DNA from: a virus
Taxonomy: Duplodnaviria > Caudoviricetes
IMG/VR virus record: IMGVR_UViG_3300031853_000006
Location: 1 to 64,000 of that record
Strand: one strand, 5' to 3'
Length of the DNA: 64,000 nucleotides
The position numbers and the translations under genes are program-made. This document shows positions 58,570 to 64,000 of the stretch, piece by piece (the first letter of the stretch is position 1; every line of letters starts with the position of its first letter). The notes below the pieces were generated by a model. It saw nothing but the letters and a program-made list of their open reading frames with translations, did not search any database and was not told the origin of the DNA.

Positions 58570-60582
58570 ATGGCAACTTACACCTGCAAACGGTGCGGAA
58601 AACAGTTTGACCTAAGAGGTTTCAGCAAGTATTGCAAAGAATGTCGTGATTACTACACACCTTGCGTTATTTGCGGAACTCCAGTGCACCAGACGAATCC
58701 GGAAAATGAAGCTAAAACATGTTCAAGAAAGTGTGCAGGGCTGTATAGAAAACAATCTGGAATAAGTAAAGCTACTGCGGAGAAATCGATAGCGACTAAG
58801 AATAAGAAGTACGGCAACGGGTCAGGGGCTAAGTACAAGCCGAGGAAGTGTAAGCTCTGCGGAAAAGAGTTTATCCCAAATGGTTCAAAACAAGTTTACT
58901 GCAAGAATCCACATTACGGTCCGTGCCCTGTTTGCGGTAAGCAAACACTTATAAGGGAATTAAGCAAAGGACCGAACGCTTGTTCAGAAGAGTGTAGAAT
59001 AGCTCTTATTACTAAGTTAGCGAGAGAGCGCGATAATACCGAGTCGCTGAAGAAGAACCGGCAGACTTGCTTAGAAAGGTACGGAGTTGAATATTATTCC
59101 CAGACTAAAGAGTGGCGTGACAAAGTAGCCGAAACGTCAATGGAACATTACGGAACTACTTGCCCGCTAGCTAGCCCCGAAATTCATGAACAACTTGTTA
59201 AAACTAATATAGAGAAATATGGCTATGCTAATCCTGCGCAAGCTCCTGAAATAATTGAAAAGATTTCAAAGACTTTAGAAGAGCGTCATGGAGGTTGCGG
59301 AATGGCATCTGACGCAACACGTGAAAAGATATATGCAACTAACAAAGAACGCTACGGAGATATCCACCCTGCAAGGACTTTACAATGTAAGGAGAAGGGG
59401 AAGCAAACATCGTTGGCTCGTTACGGATACGAAAGCTATGCAAGTACTAAGGAAAGCATTGCACGTAGTATGCTAGATCCTAGCAAAATTGATGACTTCT
59501 GGAGCTTTCGCGCAGATCCTGAAACGTATGTAACATCTCATTACAAAGTGAAACCATATGCAGATGAATTAGCTGCCGATCTAGGATTCAATGAAACATC
59601 TGTATATGACATATTGATCAACTTCAACTGCAAAGATGTAATCAATCGTAGCAAAACTTCTATTATAGAAAGAGAGATGTACGAGTTCCTGACTACATTA
59701 GTCCCCGAATCTGAAATCAGAAAATGTGACAAACGGACAATCACCCCACTAGAATTAGATTTCTATCTGCCGAACTATAATTTTGCAATTGAATGCAATC
59801 CAACATATACTCACAATTCCTCATTCAAGTCCTTCGGAGAGGGTGAGCCTAAAACAACAGTGTACCACAGAAACAAAACAGATAAAGCAGAAGAAGCTGG
59901 GATATTTCTGATGCATGTTTTCGGGTATGATTGGCTTTATAAACAGGACATCATTAAATCGATGATACGCAACGCCTTAGGAAAATGTGATACTACAATT
60001 TACGCCCGGAATACAGAAGTAAAAGAGCTAGATGCAAAAACTACTCGTGAGTTTCTCAACACTAATCACAGACAAGGTGATGCATCATCTCCTATCAGAT
60101 TAGGTCTAATAGATAAGCAGACGAAAGAGCTTGTTTCAGTAATGACGTTTAGCAAACCTCGTACAACTATCGGAAGTAGTGCAGATGATCCTGAAGGATC
60201 TTATGAGCTTGTCAGATTCTGTAGTTTGCTAAATACTTCTGTAGTAGGAGGGGCTTCAAAACTATTCAAGTGGTTTAGTAGTAACTATAATCCTACAAAG
60301 ATAATATCATTCTCAGATAGAGCGCATACTCGAGGAAACTTATACAGCTCCTTAGGTTTTCACGAAGTTCGAAGATCTGATCCCGGTTACGCATGGGTCA
60401 ACGTATACACAGAAGACTACAAGAGCCGTGTAGCCTGCCAAAAACACAAACTCCCTCAGCTATTTGACGACGTAACTGAAGAAGATATGAGCAATAAGTC
60501 AGAACGAATCATAATGATGGAACATAATTACGCGCAAGTTTATGACAGCGGGACAATACGATGGGAGCTAGAACCCCGTTGA
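58570..60582 (+). CDS. tandem paralog of 56313..58568
   Basis: ELDFYLPNYNFAIECN; ELVRFC...VVGGASKLF; ATG at 58570 after GGAGG. Confidence 0.7.
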   Translation: MATYTCKRCGKQFDLRGFSKYCKECRDYYTPCVICGTPVHQTNPENEAKTCSRKCAGLYRKQSGISKATAEKSIATKNKKYGNGSGAKYKPRKCKLCGKEFIPNGSKQVYCKNPHYGPCPVCGKQTLIRELSKGPNACSEECRIALITKLARERDNTESLKKNRQTCLERYGVEYYSQTKEWRDKVAETSMEHYGTTCPLASPEIHEQLVKTNIEKYGYANPAQAPEIIEKISKTLEERHGGCGMASDATREKIYATNKERYGDIHPARTLQCKEKGKQTSLARYGYESYASTKESIARSMLDPSKIDDFWSFRADPETYVTSHYKVKPYADELAADLGFNETSVYDILINFNCKDVINRSKTSIIEREMYEFLTTLVPESEIRKCDKRTITPLELDFYLPNYNFAIECNPTYTHNSSFKSFGEGEPKTTVYHRNKTDKAEEAGIFLMHVFGYDWLYKQDIIKSMIRNALGKCDTTIYARNTEVKELDAKTTREFLNTNHRQGDASSPIRLGLIDKQTKELVSVMTFSKPRTTIGSSADDPEGSYELVRFCSLLNTSVVGGASKLFKWFSSNYNPTKIISFSDRAHTRGNLYSSLGFHEVRRSDPGYAWVNVYTEDYKSRVACQKHKLPQLFDDVTEEDMSNKSERIIMMEHNYAQVYDSGTIRWELEPR

Positions 60583-60734
60583 TAACACAACGAAAAAGGT
60601 TGTATCTCTAATTGAGGTACAACCTTCTTGATATTTATGTAGAATGTGAATCTAGTGGAGTTTCGAGGTTAGATCAGTGTGTTAATTGGCCTTGCGTGTC
60701 ATGACTCCTATTGCATGCTCTAAACTACTTGTTA

Positions 60735-61301
60735 CTATCGGCTAGCAACTTCTACAGCGCGTTTGATTACTTTCTTAGCATAGTCGAAAGCCTCTTCGTA
60801 AGATCCATATTTCTCTCCGTTTACAGTTATAATTCTTGTATAAGTTTCTAAATTTTCTATCTGCTCATCAGTCAAATATTCTTTAAGTTTTTCAGATTTC
60901 AGCTCCTGATCTTTGTTATATTTCTGTGAAGCGCTGCGCTTGGGACTATGATTAGATATGCGCAATCTGATCCTGATATTAGCTATGACATTTCCATCTG
61001 CGTCTGTTGCTAAGTAGTTATAGTAGTGTGAATGATCTGGACTAACATTTTTATATGTCCCAATCAATCCGTAGTTAACTTCGCACAGCCATTCTATGTC
61101 CTCCATGAATGCTTCGAAATCATCTATCATCCATTGCTTAATCTTCTTCTTATGCCTCGAAATTACGGGCCTGGAGGGGAGTTTAGGATGCGGAATACGT
61201 TCAGCTGCAGCTATAGTTCGAGGGTCAATCGAATAACCTGCGTCTACTACTATGTCAATGATTGCAGGATTAGTTTGATTACCCCTAACAAATATCTTCA
61301 T
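60735..61301 (-). CDS. hypothetical protein with S-x-Y...LRISNH motif; related to 16757..17416
   Basis: GGAAGGAG RBS on the minus strand; shared motifs. Confidence 0.75.
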   Translation of the reverse strand: MKIFVRGNQTNPAIIDIVVDAGYSIDPRTIAAAERIPHPKLPSRPVISRHKKKIKQWMIDDFEAFMEDIEWLCEVNYGLIGTYKNVSPDHSHYYNYLATDADGNVIANIRIRLRISNHSPKRSASQKYNKDQELKSEKLKEYLTDEQIENLETYTRIITVNGEKYGSYEEAFDYAKKVIKRAVEVASR

Positions 61302-61321
61302 ATCTATACTCCTTCCTAAAA

Positions 61322-61447
61322 TATAAAAGCATCACTAGAAGTAGAACAGTATGTTCTCGGCCAAGACAACAATACCCACGATTCTCTAGTGATGCTAATA
61401 TTCATAACGATTTACATCGTTGGGTACTTATCTCTATGTCTTGGCTT
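61322..61447 (-). ncRNA. structured leader/ncRNA, copy 2
   Basis: P1 61437-61445 with 61360-61368; P2 61385-61396 with 61328-61339; U-rich tail; same topology as 16568..16718. Confidence 0.65.
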
Positions 61448-61453
61448 AATTTT

Positions 61454-61482
61454 ATTATAAGCCCTGATAGGTGAAAAGTCAA
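61454..61482 (-). promoter_or_regulatory. sigma70/sigmaA-type promoter
   Basis: TTGACT-17 nt-TATAAT on the minus strand. Confidence 0.8.
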
Positions 61483-61621
61483 GACTTTTCTTAATATTTT
61501 CCAAATTACACAACGATTGCATATGAAAATCGTTAAATAATTCAAGAAGGGCACTTGACCCCTCACACGACGTAATGAGCAAATTACTTGAATCAGGATT
61601 CTAAAAGGAGAAGAACCGCCT

Positions 61622-61930
61622 ATGGATCACAGAGATAACAAAAAGAAAGTACTAAGTTCCGGAGGAAGCCGAAGATTATCGAATCAGCTGAATCCGTCGT
61701 TTACAACAGAACGAAGAAAAGATGAATGGTTGATTGATAGTTGCATTTACAAAGCCGATCAAAAGTTTTCTAATTCGCACTGCGGTAAGAGGTGTAAGAA
61801 TAGGAATGTTAGCGCTCTTAAGTGCCGAGGCGGATGCGGTTGTGAATACTACTTGTCGACGAAAGAATGGCGTCTTTCAAAGAAGGGCAAAGCGATTAAC
61901 CTGAAGGAGGAGTTAGGTCATGCCAGATGA
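61622..61930 (+). CDS. basic Cys-containing hypothetical protein
   Basis: AAGGAG RBS; ATCGTTA motif upstream. Confidence 0.6.
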   Translation: MDHRDNKKKVLSSGGSRRLSNQLNPSFTTERRKDEWLIDSCIYKADQKFSNSHCGKRCKNRNVSALKCRGGCGCEYYLSTKEWRLSKKGKAINLKEELGHAR

Positions 61931-62285
61931 TAACTACGACAGCTCTATAATTGTCCAAAATTGGCTCAAAGATCACAACATTCCTTTCACTACAGAACAG
62001 ACATTCGAAGGACTTGTAGGACAGAGCGGAGCTCACTTGAGATTCGACATTTACCTAGAACAGCACAAAATGTGTATAGAAGTGGACGGGCAGCAGCATT
62101 ATCGAGCGTGCAAAAATGTCAATATGAAAACTTTTCTCAAAAAGAGAAATCATGACAGGCGTAAAGAATGGTACTGTTATACACACGGGCTGTTCTTGTT
62201 GAGACTAGTCTGGGACGAACTCGCTTACTTAGATCAAATTCTCGGTTTCCTACTAAAATGGGAAGCGACGCTAGTACAAAGCTGA
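61920..62285 (+). CDS. DUF559/Vsr-like endonuclease
   Basis: LRFDIYL...IEVDGQQHY...DRRK...LLRL. Confidence 0.75.
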   Translation: MPDDNYDSSIIVQNWLKDHNIPFTTEQTFEGLVGQSGAHLRFDIYLEQHKMCIEVDGQQHYRACKNVNMKTFLKKRNHDRRKEWYCYTHGLFLLRLVWDELAYLDQILGFLLKWEATLVQS

Positions 62286-62322
62286 GAAACTAGACTAATT
62301 TTGTTTTCATTATAAAAAAGTC

Positions 62323-62351
62323 TTGACAAATTCATATATTTATCATATAAT
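62323..62351 (+). promoter_or_regulatory. sigma70/sigmaA-type promoter
   Basis: TTGACA-17 nt-TATAAT. Confidence 0.85.
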
Positions 62352-62398
62352 ATAATTGTATCGATCATTAAACACTTTATCAGGTAGGAGGCGTAATC

Positions 62399-62962
62399 AT
62401 GAAAGTATTCAGAGAGATGGAAACAGATACAAATACCTTCAAAATAGGAGACAGGATCGAAGTACAGTTCGGGAATGAATCTCACTACGCAACAGCCATC
62501 CAGCAAAGAGGCTATGAAATGCTCTTTCTAACCGATGATTACCTCGACGATGCAATGCCTATGAATCCAACACCCTTGACTGAGGGAGGATGGGCAGAGA
62601 GTGAACTCAGGAAAAGACTGCAGAGTGTAGCAGAAACCGTCGACATCAAAGATCAGCTAGTGCCCTTTGAAAACGGGGACCTTTTGACTCTCTTAAGTAT
62701 TCAAGAGATGTTCGGACTTGACAAGAGCTTCAATGAATGCGAAGGGCAGATTGAGTGGCTGAAAGATCGCAGACACAGAATCACAGAAAGAAAGGGCGAT
62801 CCTTACGAATGGGGATGGCTGCGCTCAGTCGTATCCGCGTCGAGTTTCGCGATTGTCGACAGTGACGGCTGTGCGGACCGTGGGGGTGCGTCCTACGCTC
62901 ATGGCGTCTGCCCAGCTTTCCTGATCAAGAATACTATCACAGAAAGCGAGGTAGAGGAATGA
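62399..62962 (+). CDS. stand-alone DUF6273/CLec-like protein
   Basis: W-x-x-SELRK-x-L, LLS-x-x-E, WLRS...GVCPAF. Confidence 0.7.
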   Translation: MKVFREMETDTNTFKIGDRIEVQFGNESHYATAIQQRGYEMLFLTDDYLDDAMPMNPTPLTEGGWAESELRKRLQSVAETVDIKDQLVPFENGDLLTLLSIQEMFGLDKSFNECEGQIEWLKDRRHRITERKGDPYEWGWLRSVVSASSFAIVDSDGCADRGGASYAHGVCPAFLIKNTITESEVEE

Positions 62963-63507
62963 AGAACTCAATGGAGGTATTAAGAGAGATCGAGACAAAA
63001 ACAGATCGTTTGCAGGTCGGGGATAGAATAAAAGTTAGCTTTTCAGGAGAAGAGCACTATGCAACGGCTATTCAGCAAAGAGGCGATGTGATGCTCTTTC
63101 TGACTGACGACTACCTCGATGACGCTATGCAGATGAACCCTACAGACACGACTGAGAGAGGATGGGCAGGGAGTGAGCTCAGAAAAAGACTGCAGGATAT
63201 AGCGGACAACACAGATATAAATGATCAGCTGATACCCTTCGAGAACGGAGATCTTCTGACTCTTCTGAGCATCCGGGAGATGTTTGGACTCGATGAAAAT
63301 TTTGATGAGTGTGACGGTCAGATTGAATGGCTAAAGGATCGCAGACACAGGATCGCATTAAGAAAAGGAGAATCCAACGAATGGGGGTGGCTTCGCTCCG
63401 TCATGTCGGCGACGCATTTCGCTAATGTCTACAACAATGGGTTAGTGAACTACTACTACGCGGGGAGTGCTATTGGCGTCCGTCCAGCTTTCCTGCTTAA
63501 GTTATAG
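62959..63507 (+). CDS. tandem paralog, DUF6273/CLec-like protein
   Basis: Highly similar to the previous gene except the WLRS...GVRPAF segment. Confidence 0.7.
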   Translation: MKNSMEVLREIETKTDRLQVGDRIKVSFSGEEHYATAIQQRGDVMLFLTDDYLDDAMQMNPTDTTERGWAGSELRKRLQDIADNTDINDQLIPFENGDLLTLLSIREMFGLDENFDECDGQIEWLKDRRHRIALRKGESNEWGWLRSVMSATHFANVYNNGLVNYYYAGSAIGVRPAFLLKL

Positions 63508-63582
63508 AAAGTGAGGTAGAAGAATGAAGATAGCAATTGGTACACCTGACGAAATCCATGAGAAGACAGGAGGAGATGACAA

Positions 63583-63858
63583 ATGCTAGAAATCTACCAG
63601 AAAGAACTGTTAAAGTTAGCCGAAGGCCTTATTAAGAGGGCTGTACCGTTCAAATTCATCCCGCTAGAGGGAGGTGGGCAGATACGAACAGCTACCTGGG
63701 ACGCTGTGTGTCATAAGTACAGCTATGGAGGAGAATCAGGTAAGCTAGAAGTAGCTGGCAGCATAGTAAACACTCATAAGACCGATGACACAGTCGAAGG
63801 AGACTTAACTGCAGAAGAAGTGCTTTCAAGAATTGATAAAGGCGCGCTATCGGAATAA
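63583..63858 (+). CDS. hypothetical phage protein
   Basis: WDAVCHKYSYGG-x-x-G-x-LE motif; AGGAGG RBS. Confidence 0.7.
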   Translation: MLEIYQKELLKLAEGLIKRAVPFKFIPLEGGGQIRTATWDAVCHKYSYGGESGKLEVAGSIVNTHKTDDTVEGDLTAEEVLSRIDKGALSE

Positions 63859-63859
63859 T

Positions 63860-63919
63860 AAAACAGCCACTAGTTGCACAGAAGAAAGCTGATGCAATGC
63901 ACAGTGGCTGTTTTTCTTT
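63860..63919 (+). terminator. terminator-like hairpin
   Basis: AAAACAGCCACT...AGTGGCTGTTTT. Confidence 0.6.
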
Positions 63920-64000
63920 GTATGTTAATGCTTTTAAGGAACTTGGTTATCGATAAAGCACGCCTGAATAATTAGGAGTGCTGATATTTGTTACGCCGTC

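Overview
This window is part of the genome of a large contractile-tailed (myovirus-like) phage. The host is probably a Firmicute (strong AGGAGG ribosome-binding sites, TTGACA-17-TATAAT promoters, DUF6273- and CD1375-like proteins). Nearly all genes are on the + strand. Recognisable genes: terminase large subunit, T4-like portal, neck-type genes, tail sheath, tail-fibre module, SNF2 helicase, ABC-type ATPase, TGT-fold enzyme, two GT2 glycosyltransferases, a solo TnpB, endonuclease-like genes, tRNA-Leu(TAG) and tRNA-Gln(TTG). Four things stand out. (1) At 26.3-35.9 kb, three paralogous receptor-binding/fibre genes are accompanied by eight silent 3'-end cassettes. Most cassettes begin with their own 45-91 bp inverted repeat of a sequence inside a partner, forming nested inversion systems with no recombinase in the window. 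Several cassette ends also show the codon signature of DGR variable regions. (2) About 20 otherwise unrelated genes share a short basic N-terminal tag (MKRWIHA|S and variants) and internal [VI]-x-A|S sites resembling assemblin-type maturation-protease sites, a candidate capsid-cargo tagging system. (3) The unit promoter -> pseudoknot-topology RNA -> related LR[FI]S[DN]H protein occurs twice. (4) A LigA-like gene lacking catalytic residues sits between terminase and portal. Family calls come from motif recognition by eye; no database searches were run.
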